A DNA stretch of 64,000 bases, taken from Bryobacterales bacterium. Lineage in GTDB: Bacteria > Acidobacteriota > Terriglobia > Bryobacterales > UBA6623. Shown here one piece after another: positions 8,247 through 16,774 of this stretch. The stretch spans positions 473,447 to 537,446 of the forward strand of contig CBDCLH010000001.1 of the NCBI GenBank assembly GCA_965218615.1, written 5' to 3'. The notes beneath the pieces are model-generated. The model saw nothing but the letters and a program-made list of their open reading frames with translations. It ran no database searches and was not told where the DNA came from. Made by a program: the position numbers and the translations under genes. Numbering within the stretch: the stretch's first letter is position 1; each line of letters begins with the position of its first letter.

Positions 8247-11200
8247 CTAGCGCAGGCGGCTGAGGAATTCCACAAGATCCACGAGTTCATCCACGGTCAC
8301 TTGCTCCTGCAGATCCTCGGGCATGGCGGAGACCGAAGATTTCCTGCGTTCGAAGATCTTGTCCCTCGCGAAGTCGGCCACGACGCCTCCTTCCATACGA
8401 AGGGTTACGGCATCGTCCGTCTCGTTGACGATGAAACCCGACACTTCCTCCTGGCCCGCCAGCGTGAAGTGATACAGATCGTATGTCGGAGAGACGCCCG
8501 CGCTTGGATCGAGGATGGATTCGTAGATCCCCGCCTTCGGCAGCTTGTCCCCAATCTTGGACAGTTCCGGACCGAAGTTCGTGCCCTGTCCGTTGACGAT
8601 ATGGCAATCGCTGCAGGTGGCGCTCTCGAACACCTCGGCGCCACGCTCGGGATTGCCAACATGCACAAGAAGATCTGTCATTTGCGGCAGCGGCTCGCTG
8701 TTCTTGAGGGGCGGTACGGGAAAGAGCTTCGCGGCCTCCTCGCGCAAGTACACTTGCATTGAGCGCGCCATCGCCGCGCCGGCAACTTCTTCGAGGTCAA
8801 GAGGAAAGTCGCCGCTCCGGGCAATTTCGATCAACTCCTCTTCGCCCGCGCTGATTCCTGCCATCGAGCGGACCGCCTGCTCCCGAACGAGCGGAGACAG
8901 ATCCGCATCGAGCAGGGCGCGCCGGAGCAGCGGAACTGCGAGGGCGGTCTGGCTGTTGCCGAGCACTTCGACCGTGGCGACGGCAAGATCCCGATTCGTC
9001 TCGAGGAAGTCCGCGATCCCGTCGTCGGCGCCGGCCTCGAGAAGGGTCCGCACAGACGCGATCCCGACCGGGTTGTCCTTGTTCTGCGCCGCCACGGCGA
9101 CCAAGGAGGGGTAGTGCTCACGGAGTTCGTACCTCTGCACAAGACGCGCGAACTGCGCCGTGCCCGTCCCCTGCTCGAGCAACTCCATGACGGATTGGCG
9201 GGTGCGCGCGTCGGATGCCAGATCGACATCCGGAAGCCGCAGCAGAGCCTCGGCCGCAATGAAGAACTCGCGCGGGGCGCCGCTCGAAGAACGGCCGAAG
9301 GCAAGCGTGCGCAGATTCCGGGACTTCGCAGCGCTCCCCGGCTGGAAGTCGAACGCGCGCAGGTAACGCGCCGCGCTCTCACCGTTCACATCCGGTCTGC
9401 TTAGGATGCGGGTCAGGTACCTTGGCGTGACCGCTGCTCGCGAACGCCACAGGATGTCTCGCCCGGCGGACGAGTCCCACATCGAGCCCGCGATCGCCAG
9501 CCACGCCCCGAGATAGCGATCCCATTGACCATCGGCGCCGATGCCGAGCGCCTCGAGAGACCACCGATCGCCAGCCTCGTGCTGGGCGGCCAGCTTCGCC
9601 CAAAGCGCGGGCGCACGCGCCGACACCTGGTTCCGGAGCGCGATCGCGCATTCCCTGCGGACATGCGGAGACGGATCGGAGTGGAGCGCCTCCAGGATCG
9701 GGATTACGTCCAGGCGCTGCTTCCGAGCGGCCCGTAGCCCAACGATGCGGATGTCCTCTTCGGGGTCGGTGAGCGCTAGCTCGATGTACTCTGGGCCGCG
9801 ACCTTTGACTTCCGCCAGGAGCCACAAGGCCCGCGCCCGATGGCGCAGTTGCCGCCCCTCGCGAAAGAGCCCGGCCAGCGCCGGCTCCGCCTGCTCTCCC
9901 GCCTTGTCTAGCGCCTGCCAGGCCAGGTATCGGACGGCGTAGTTCGGGTTCCGCAAAGCTTCAATTGCACCCTCCACGGAACTGTAATCAAACTCCCGCG
10001 GCCTGTACTCGTGGCCCGGGGGCGCGACCCGAAAGATGCGGCCCCGCGTCGCGTCCTGCTGCCGGTTCCAGCCGATGACCGGGTCGTACCAATCGCTCAC
10101 GAACAGCGACCCGTCCGGCGCAACCGACACATCCACGGGCCGCACCCACTTGTCGCGCGCGCCCTTCAAGATGTCCACCATCTCCGCCGTATAGCCGGCC
10201 CCGTCCTTCTTCGTGCGGATTCCCCGCAAGACCCCCGGACCCGCGTCGGTCGCGAGAATCTGGTCCCAAAACTCACGGGGCAGCAGCCGTCCCTCGTAGG
10301 CTGTGATGCCGGTTGGCGAGCCCGCCCCGGTGATCAGCAGGTTCGGCACGACGCCGGGATCGTTCCGGTGCCAGTGGCTATGCGGAACCTCTTCGTGTTG
10401 GCCCGTGCGCACAGCCTGATTCCCCGCCCCCGTGAACTCGTCGCGGTAACCGTAATTGCCGAACTCGAGCATGTAGTTCAGGCGGCAGGCGTAGCTACCG
10501 TCGTTGTCGTTGTCCGACTGCCAAACTCCGCCCAACGAGTCCACTGTCGCTTCGTAGTTGTTGCGGAAGTTGTGGCCCAGGACCTCCATCGCGCTGCCGT
10601 CCAGATTGCAGCGAAAGACCATGCCGCCCTGATACGGGCTGACCTTGGTCTCGAATCCGGTTGTGAAAGCAGGCCTGTCGGCGTCCGGGTTGTCGCGGAG
10701 GAGCCGTATGTAGTTCTGGTCCAGGACAGGATGCCCGGCCGCGTCCACAACCAAGCGGCCGTCTTTGTTGTGCACGTACCGCCCGGCGTTGCCCATATTC
10801 CAATACAGCCTCCCATCTGGGCCAAACACCAGGGAATGGGTGGAGTGGTCGTTCTGCGGAGCGCCGGAGTTGACGAATAGAGACTCCTTCCGGTCGGGAC
10901 GATCGTCGCCGTCTTCGTCGGTGAACACCAGGACATTCGGGGCGCAGGTGACGATCACCTTGTTCCCGAGCACTGCGATTCCAAGCGCCGCGTCCACGTC
11001 CCGGCCCTGGTAGTAGACCGTAGAGGAATCCGCGACGCCGTCGCCGTCCGTGTCCTCGAGAATCAGGATGCGGTCGCCTTGCGCGCGGTCGTCCTTCCTC
11101 GCCCGGTCTCGGTAGTTCACCACGTCGCACGCCCAGATGCGGCCCCTATGGTCGATGTCAATGTTGGTTGGATTGGACAGAATCGGCTCCGACGCAAACA

Positions 11201-11396
11201 GGGTGGCCTCAAGTCCGGGAAACAGATCCAGGTTCTCGACAGCACGATCGGCGCGGCGCAAGCCTTCCGGGCCGCGCGTGCAACCGTACGTGGCCGCGGC
11301 AAGCAGCGCGAGCAGAAGAAAACATCGGGGTGCGACTGTGGCGCCCGTACGGACTCCCACGGTGGTCATGCTCATCCGGTTCGCCTCCAGAGCCAA
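8247..11396 (-). CDS. PVC-type heme-binding CxxCH protein (membrane-bound dehydrogenase beta-propeller + HEAT repeats + C-terminal cytochrome c)
   Basis: 1049-aa ORF. The N-terminal propeller is sorbosone-dehydrogenase-like (DIDHRGRIWACDVVNY, FGPDGRLYW). The central part has HEAT-like repeats (HVRRECAIALR). The C-terminus has CSDCHIVNGQG. Confidence 0.8.
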   Translation of the reverse strand: MALEANRMSMTTVGVRTGATVAPRCFLLLALLAAATYGCTRGPEGLRRADRAVENLDLFPGLEATLFASEPILSNPTNIDIDHRGRIWACDVVNYRDRARKDDRAQGDRILILEDTDGDGVADSSTVYYQGRDVDAALGIAVLGNKVIVTCAPNVLVFTDEDGDDRPDRKESLFVNSGAPQNDHSTHSLVFGPDGRLYWNMGNAGRYVHNKDGRLVVDAAGHPVLDQNYIRLLRDNPDADRPAFTTGFETKVSPYQGGMVFRCNLDGSAMEVLGHNFRNNYEATVDSLGGVWQSDNDNDGSYACRLNYMLEFGNYGYRDEFTGAGNQAVRTGQHEEVPHSHWHRNDPGVVPNLLITGAGSPTGITAYEGRLLPREFWDQILATDAGPGVLRGIRTKKDGAGYTAEMVDILKGARDKWVRPVDVSVAPDGSLFVSDWYDPVIGWNRQQDATRGRIFRVAPPGHEYRPREFDYSSVEGAIEALRNPNYAVRYLAWQALDKAGEQAEPALAGLFREGRQLRHRARALWLLAEVKGRGPEYIELALTDPEEDIRIVGLRAARKQRLDVIPILEALHSDPSPHVRRECAIALRNQVSARAPALWAKLAAQHEAGDRWSLEALGIGADGQWDRYLGAWLAIAGSMWDSSAGRDILWRSRAAVTPRYLTRILSRPDVNGESAARYLRAFDFQPGSAAKSRNLRTLAFGRSSSGAPREFFIAAEALLRLPDVDLASDARTRQSVMELLEQGTGTAQFARLVQRYELREHYPSLVAVAAQNKDNPVGIASVRTLLEAGADDGIADFLETNRDLAVATVEVLGNSQTALAVPLLRRALLDADLSPLVREQAVRSMAGISAGEEELIEIARSGDFPLDLEEVAGAAMARSMQVYLREEAAKLFPVPPLKNSEPLPQMTDLLVHVGNPERGAEVFESATCSDCHIVNGQGTNFGPELSKIGDKLPKAGIYESILDPSAGVSPTYDLYHFTLAGQEEVSGFIVNETDDAVTLRMEGGVVADFARDKIFERRKSSVSAMPEDLQEQVTVDELVDLVEFLSRLR

Positions 11397-11663
11397 TGCA
11401 AGTGAACAGCTCTCCGGCGGAGTATCCTCGGCTCGCCGCCGACGCCGCCATGTACAGCCGATGGTACTTCACCCGTACGTTCGAAACGACACATCAGCAC
11501 CCAGCACACGCACCCTGCAGCCGGATCGCGGTCCGGCCGGCCGGCGGCCTGCGCAGCCTCCGATGGCCCCGCCGATGGCATGGCCATCCAGGGGGGGCGG
11601 ACACCGGCATCGGCGTAGGGCGGATGTCACACAAGCGCCGCAAACGTTTGCTACAGTTGCGCC

Positions 11664-13037
11664 ATGTCCGCAGACCGCCTACCGCGACGCCAGTTCCTCG
11701 CCGTGGCGGGCGGGGCCGTCGGCGTAGCGCCGTTTTACGCGCTCACGCGTCGGGCGGCCGGGCCGGACGAAAGCCAGCCGGGCACTCGCGGCGGTCCATC
11801 ACGAGGGGTCGGTTACGGGCCCCTGCAACCGGTGAACGACGAGACGACAGGCCTCCCGCTGCTCCACCTCCCACTAGGCTTCCGGTATCTTTCGTTCGGA
11901 TGGACTGGCGACCCGTTGGCGGATGGAGTGGTAACACCCGGCGCGCATGACGGGATGGCGGCCTTCGCGGGGTCCGGCAGCCGGGTCCGGCTCGTGCGCA
12001 ACCACGAACGCCGCACGGGCGCCGCCTTCGCAGAGCGCCCCGTCTACGACGCGAAGGGCGGAGGCGGTACGACAACCATCGAGTTCGACTCCGAAGCCGG
12101 CGTGGTCGTCGACGCCTGGGCCAGCCTCGCTGGCACGGCCGTCAACTGCGCCGGCGGTCCGACTCCGTGGGGATCGTGGTTGAGCTGCGAAGAGACCGTG
12201 CTGGGGCCCGGAGGAGGAAACGCGTACGACGAGCCGCACGGCTACATCTTTGAAGTTCCGGCTGATGGCGTCGCCACTGCGGAACCCTACCGCGCGATGG
12301 GCCGGTTTGTTCATGAGGCGGTCTCGATCGATCCGGCAACCGGCATTGTCTACGAGACGGAAGATCAGGGGGCAGCGGGGTTCTATCGATTCGTGCCCGC
12401 CGAGGCCGGCAAGCTCGCGGCCGGCGGTCAACTCGAAATGCTGGCCGTCTCCGATACGCCGCGGGCAGACATGCGCACAGGCCAGACCGCCGGACTCTCG
12501 CGGCAGGTGGCATGGGTCCCAATCGACGATGCCGACCCGGCTGAGATCGCCGCCGACAGCGTCTACGCACAGGGCGTCTCCGATGGCGGGGCGACGTTCG
12601 CGCGGCTCGAGGGAACTTGGTACGGCGCAGGCCGGATCTACATCGTGTCGACCAACGGAGGCGATGCCGGAGCGGGTCAGGTCTGGGAGTACGACCCGGC
12701 CGGAGAGCGGTTGCGCCTCGTGTTTGAGTCGCCTGGGAGTCACCTCCTCGACATGCCTGACAACATCTGCGTCAGCCCGCGGGGTGGTCTCGTGCTTTGC
12801 GAGGATGGCGACAACGACAACTTCGTTCGGGGCCTGACGCTGGACGGTGACATCTTCCCGTTCGCCAAGAACAACGTGGTCCTCTCTGCGGAGAAGAACG
12901 GCCTCGCTGGAGACTTCCGGGACCGGGAGTTCGCCGGCGCCACCTACAGTCCCGACGGTCGCTGGCTGTTCTGCAACATCCAAACGCCCGGGATCACCCT
13001 CGCCGTGACAGGCCCATGGGACCAGGGGCCGCTTTGA
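11664..13037 (+). CDS. PhoX-like / DUF839 secreted phosphatase-family protein
   Basis: Tat signal (RRQFLAVAGGAVG). Motifs: GGGTTTIEFD, NCAGGPTPWGSWLSCEE, HGYIFEVP, ARLEGTWY. Confidence 0.75.
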   Translation: MSADRLPRRQFLAVAGGAVGVAPFYALTRRAAGPDESQPGTRGGPSRGVGYGPLQPVNDETTGLPLLHLPLGFRYLSFGWTGDPLADGVVTPGAHDGMAAFAGSGSRVRLVRNHERRTGAAFAERPVYDAKGGGGTTTIEFDSEAGVVVDAWASLAGTAVNCAGGPTPWGSWLSCEETVLGPGGGNAYDEPHGYIFEVPADGVATAEPYRAMGRFVHEAVSIDPATGIVYETEDQGAAGFYRFVPAEAGKLAAGGQLEMLAVSDTPRADMRTGQTAGLSRQVAWVPIDDADPAEIAADSVYAQGVSDGGATFARLEGTWYGAGRIYIVSTNGGDAGAGQVWEYDPAGERLRLVFESPGSHLLDMPDNICVSPRGGLVLCEDGDNDNFVRGLTLDGDIFPFAKNNVVLSAEKNGLAGDFRDREFAGATYSPDGRWLFCNIQTPGITLAVTGPWDQGPL

Positions 13038-13142
13038 GCCTGCCCCATGCGGCCCGCTCGTACAGCACGACTGGCGATCCAATCCGATGCGGGCATCCGG
13101 CCAAGCTCTCCACAGCCTCTGGGACTGACTCGAGGAGGCGGG

Positions 13143-14216
13143 CTAGCGTAGCCACGCATCGATATTCTCGGCCACAAAGCGGTCGTCAGAAAGGTGCGGA
13201 TAGGCCGTCTGAACGCGGTCGATCTCGTCGCTCTGGCCGGGTGACAAGCAGTCCCGCTCGTCGAGGCACCAGATGCCCTCCAGCAGGCCCTGTCGGCGCA
13301 GCACTTCGTGGATGCCCGGGATGCAGCCGACAAAGTGATTTCGCGCGTCAAACAGAGCGGCATTCGCGTCGGTGACTTCGGCGTTCAGACGCAGCAGAGA
13401 ATCCGGGATAGCATGGTCCGCCGAATCTATCGTACGTTGACAATGCCGCCAGTAGGCGCAGGCTTGGCGCGTCCAGACGGCCCAGTGGCCCAGCAGACCC
13501 CCTACGAATCCGGTTTCCGTCTCGTCCGCAGACCGATAGCGCGTCAGGAGGTCCAAGATGATGTTGTCGTCGTTCCCGGTATACAGCGCGATCCTGCCCG
13601 CTCGACCTGACGAGGCCACGGCGCGCAGCACGTCCAGCGTCTGGTAGCGGTCGAATGGAGCCACTTTGATGGCGGCCACATTCTCGATTTCGCAGAACGC
13701 GCGCCAGAAGCCGTAGGACAGCGGGATGCCACCCACGGTGGGCTGCAGGTAAAAGCCCATCAGCGGGATGACCTCCGCTACAGCGCGGGAGTGGGACAGC
13801 AAGTCCGCTCGGCTGCTCGCGCGCATTCCCCCATAGCTCAGCAGTCCCAGGTGATAGCCGAGGTTGGCGGCGATCCGAGCTTCGCGGACAGCCTGAGCGG
13901 TCGATCCGACGATCCCGGCAATGCGAATGAGCGGCGGCGCGCCCGCCTCCCGGCGATGTTCATCCATCGCCTCGGCGGCCAGCGCGAGTACGGGCTCGTA
14001 AAGGCCCACCGAGGGATCCCGGATCGCGAACTGCGTTGTATGCACGCCTACGGCGACGCCGCCCGCTCCAGCCGCGAGATAATAGCGCGTCAGCGCCCTC
14101 TGGCGCCGCTCGTCCAACCGGTGGCTGGCGTTCAAAGCCAGGGGATGGGCGGGGATGACGGCTCCCCGTAGAAGGTGACGCCGCACATCGTCGTCCACCT
14201 TTGGGAGTGTGGGCAT
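13143..14216 (-). CDS. DapA-superfamily-like TIM-barrel protein (function uncertain)
   Basis: 357-aa ORF with high GC3. It resembles proteins annotated as the dihydrodipicolinate-synthase family, but the classical GTTGE motif is not evident (VGVHTTQF instead). It starts 61 nt downstream of the UGSC gene on the same strand. Confidence 0.55.
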   Translation of the reverse strand: MPTLPKVDDDVRRHLLRGAVIPAHPLALNASHRLDERRQRALTRYYLAAGAGGVAVGVHTTQFAIRDPSVGLYEPVLALAAEAMDEHRREAGAPPLIRIAGIVGSTAQAVREARIAANLGYHLGLLSYGGMRASSRADLLSHSRAVAEVIPLMGFYLQPTVGGIPLSYGFWRAFCEIENVAAIKVAPFDRYQTLDVLRAVASSGRAGRIALYTGNDDNIILDLLTRYRSADETETGFVGGLLGHWAVWTRQACAYWRHCQRTIDSADHAIPDSLLRLNAEVTDANAALFDARNHFVGCIPGIHEVLRRQGLLEGIWCLDERDCLSPGQSDEIDRVQTAYPHLSDDRFVAENIDAWLR

Positions 14217-14244
14217 GGGGGCTCCGAACCCTACCGTTCCCTCG

Positions 14245-14275
14245 GTTCCAGCCCCAAGCTGGAACTGACTCCAGC
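14245..14275 (-). promoter_or_regulatory. Mutually exclusive hairpins in the UGSC / DapA-like intergenic region
   Basis: The mRNA reads UGA-UA-GCUGGA-GUCA-GUUCCAGC-UUGGG-GCUGGAAC. The middle segment can pair with either the upstream 6-mer or the downstream 8-mer (a perfect 8-bp stem, 14245-14252 with 14258-14265). No U-tract follows. Confidence 0.3.
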
Positions 14276-14277
14276 TA

Positions 14278-14808
14278 TCAGCCGACCGTCAAACGCGCGG
14301 CGATCGCAGTGACGACCGCGTCGGCACGCTGCTCGATCTCCGGGGGCAGCTGATCCTGAATGGGGTGAGGCACGTAGACCACCTCCAGGTCCGTGCGCCC
14401 CAGGGCGGATGCCTGCGCACGCGCCGCGGTGCGGAACACGTCCGTGGCGACGGCCACGGCGAGAATACCTGCGTTCTCGATGCGGACCGAATCGTGCAAA
14501 CTGCACGTCGTACACGACCCTCAATCGGCCAAGGCCTCGATCACAGCGTGGGGCTGCGCCTTCCGGATGTCCGCCAAGACAGCTTCAGGAGCGGGCTTGG
14601 CGAACGTCGGCTTGCGGAACCGCAGAATCTCGGAGACCCCGTAGCGTTCCCGAAGCAGGGTCTCTAGACGATCCAGAAAGATCGCGCCGCCCCCCTTGCT
14701 GATATCGAGCAGCGCAACGCGCTCGCGGTCCAGCGACCCGAGCCGCGGCGCAGCCGAGGCGCTTGGCGGAAGCCGTTCATCCAGGGGATTGACAAGTGTT
14801 GTGCCCAT
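14278..14808 (-). CDS. UGSC-family selenoprotein (in-frame TGA at 14521-14523 read as selenocysteine)
   Basis: ORFs 14521-14808 and 14278-14499 are in the same frame. The read-through junction is ...HAVIEALAD-U-GSCTTCSLHDSVRIENAGI..., which gives the U-G-S-C motif. A SECIS-like hairpin lies just downstream. A GAGGTGA RBS lies 5 nt before the ATG at 14808. Confidence 0.75.
14493..14507 (-). promoter_or_regulatory. Candidate bacterial SECIS hairpin
   Basis: On the mRNA, CGUGCA-GUU-UGCACG forms a 6-bp stem with a GUU apical loop. It starts 13 nt after the UGA, and the loop is about 20 nt from the UGA. It can be extended by 3 bp (CGA/UCG) across a 2-nt bulge. Confidence 0.5.
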
Positions 14809-14875
14809 CCGTCACCTCGTTTGCAGCACCAGGGGTTGCAACCCGCTTAGCGTACCAAGGCTTCTCCGTAGCGGA

Positions 14876-16567
14876 TCAGTCCAAAGCTTGGCAGACCATT
14901 TGGCTTCCTTGCGGCCCGGTCGCCCACGAACCCAGCACAGCCGAGAACTTGCCGGCCGGCCCCCCGGCAACCATCACGCGGATGGACTCGGGCCGACGGA
15001 ACTTCCGATAGCAGGGGACACCCCGAATGACGCAAGGCTCGTACGCCTGAGCTTCGTGCGTGCCCTCCCCGCCGTCGCCATCATACTCGCTCACCGGAAT
15101 CCCGGTGTTCTCGTACAGATAGTCGATGACGTCGCTCTTGCGGAAGCCGCTGCGCTGGGCCGTCGCGGCATGCTCCGGACCAACCACTACAAGCGCCTCC
15201 GAGCGTCCGCAGACGCGGCGGCTCCACAGGTTCGCCAGGACCGGACAAATAGCGCGGAGAACCCCCTCCGCCGTGCGCGCTTTGTGCTCGCTGACAGGGC
15301 GCGGCGGCTCCGCGCAGTAGAACGTCACCGCGTCCCGGCCTGGCGCGAACCCGAAGTCCGTGGACAGAGGATCCCAAGGGCTGGCCTCCTCGTTCTCAGC
15401 GATCACGAAGCTAAAGCGCCCCGGATTGCCCATGGTCGACATATCGATGCGGCCCGGCGCCGCGCCTCCCAGGTTGCGCAGGATCAGCTGCAGAGCCCGC
15501 CCCAGCGTCGAGTTCGCGCGCGCCACGTTGGAGAATACATTGCTGCCGTATGCGAATCCCAACTCGTGCCGAACCAGGCCGTTGACGACGGCGAGAGGAG
15601 CCGCGAAATGCGTGGTGCCCTGCACACCGTGGATGTTGAGCCGCTCATCGCACAGCGCTCGCACCATCGGCACGAGAACCCGCATGTATTCCGGGCGGCA
15701 CCCCGCCATGACGGCGTTTGCCGCGACCTTTTCCACGCTCGCAGCCGCATAGTTAGGCGGGATGTGCGCAACGATCTCCTCCGGCGGCAGGTCGACCGCC
15801 CCCAACATGCGCTCGACCCGGACCGCCGTCGGAGGTACGACGGGCAGTGGGTCGCCGAAACCTTGCTCGTAGCAGAACTCCTCCAGATCCCTCTCGGAGG
15901 GCAGTTCGACCCTCGAGGCCCGCACTCCCTGACGTGAATACAGTTGGAGGGGCGATGCCGCTTCCCCGGGCGCTTGCGGCTCAAGGTGCCGCGACACGCA
16001 GCCGGGCTGGAAATCGGGATTGCCATCGCCGGCGGGCGCCGGATCTGCGATGCGAATGTCCACCAGCCCGCCGAGTGCGGAGGCGAGCCGATTCAAATCG
16101 GCCTTGTCGAATCCTTGCGAACTCTCCGCGATTGTCCCTTGCCGATCCAGCACGAAAAGTGCGGGGACGGCCTGCATGCCATAGAGGCCGCTGGCGCGCA
16201 AGCCCTCGTCGAAGCGGATTGGGATTTCCAGGTCCAGGGAGCGTATGAGATCGGTCGTCGGCACGGCAGCGTCCTGAGACACTGCGACGACCTGCGCCCG
16301 TTCCGAGACTTGGCGGTACAGGGCGTCTAGGTAACGTAGCGCGAGATGACACGCCGGGCAGTCTGTCTTGAAGAAGGCTAGCAGCGCAGGCGGACGCAAC
16401 CCTCCGTCCGCGAGCGTCGGCGCGCTGTCGCCGCTACCAAGCATGACCAATACAACCGTGGACGAGAGGCGGGCGGGTCGACTAGCCGAGCCACTCAATC
16501 GTGCCCGAAATACCTCCTGCTCCGGCGCATCCCATCCTACAAGAAGCGAAAACCAATGAGATTCCAC
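14876..16567 (-). CDS. Thioredoxin-fold (TlpA-like, CPAC) domain fused to a ~370-aa uncharacterised C-terminal domain
   Basis: The N-terminus reads ALLAFFKTDCPACHLALRYLDALY...AVPALFVLDRQGTI. The C-terminal domain carries conserved-looking blocks (GDPLPVVPPT, VEKVAANAVMAGCRPEYM, NIHGVQGTTHFAAPL, ARANSTLGRALQLILRNLGG), and I cannot assign it a family name. An alternative start is the Met at 16444. Confidence 0.7.
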   Translation of the reverse strand: MESHWFSLLVGWDAPEQEVFRARLSGSASRPARLSSTVVLVMLGSGDSAPTLADGGLRPPALLAFFKTDCPACHLALRYLDALYRQVSERAQVVAVSQDAAVPTTDLIRSLDLEIPIRFDEGLRASGLYGMQAVPALFVLDRQGTIAESSQGFDKADLNRLASALGGLVDIRIADPAPAGDGNPDFQPGCVSRHLEPQAPGEAASPLQLYSRQGVRASRVELPSERDLEEFCYEQGFGDPLPVVPPTAVRVERMLGAVDLPPEEIVAHIPPNYAAASVEKVAANAVMAGCRPEYMRVLVPMVRALCDERLNIHGVQGTTHFAAPLAVVNGLVRHELGFAYGSNVFSNVARANSTLGRALQLILRNLGGAAPGRIDMSTMGNPGRFSFVIAENEEASPWDPLSTDFGFAPGRDAVTFYCAEPPRPVSEHKARTAEGVLRAICPVLANLWSRRVCGRSEALVVVGPEHAATAQRSGFRKSDVIDYLYENTGIPVSEYDGDGGEGTHEAQAYEPCVIRGVPCYRKFRRPESIRVMVAGGPAGKFSAVLGSWATGPQGSQMVCQALD

Positions 16568-16717
16568 AGGACCGCATCGTCAATCCTATTCTTGCGGATG
16601 AACCGTTGAATCCGCTTGGATTCGAGGATTCTCACGTGCTCGTGCTATTCGCATCCTCGATCGGGCGATGCGACACCCTGGAGCTGATATGGAGACAGGT
16701 TTGACTCCGGCGTGCGT

Positions 16718-16774
16718 TCCGAATTGGACGGTTCTATACTCCGAATCGGACGGTGCCTTATGCCGAATCAGACG
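16718..16774 (+). repeat. Three direct repeats CCGAAT-N-GGACGG phased every 22 nt across the start of the AAA/DUF4143 gene
   Basis: TCCGAATTGGACGGT (16718-16732) and TCCGAATCGGACGGT (16740-16754) match 14/15. A degenerate third copy, CCGAATCAGACG (16763-16774), lies inside the first codons. Confidence 0.45.

Noticed and set aside
14832-14843. Perfect 12-nt palindrome GGGTTGCAACCC between the Trx-fusion gene and the UGSC gene. It shares the TTGCAAC core with the island operators.
   Set aside because: It is a single short palindrome in a 67-nt spacer, and TTGCAA is self-complementary, so the resemblance to the island motif may be coincidental. This is not enough to call a regulatory site.
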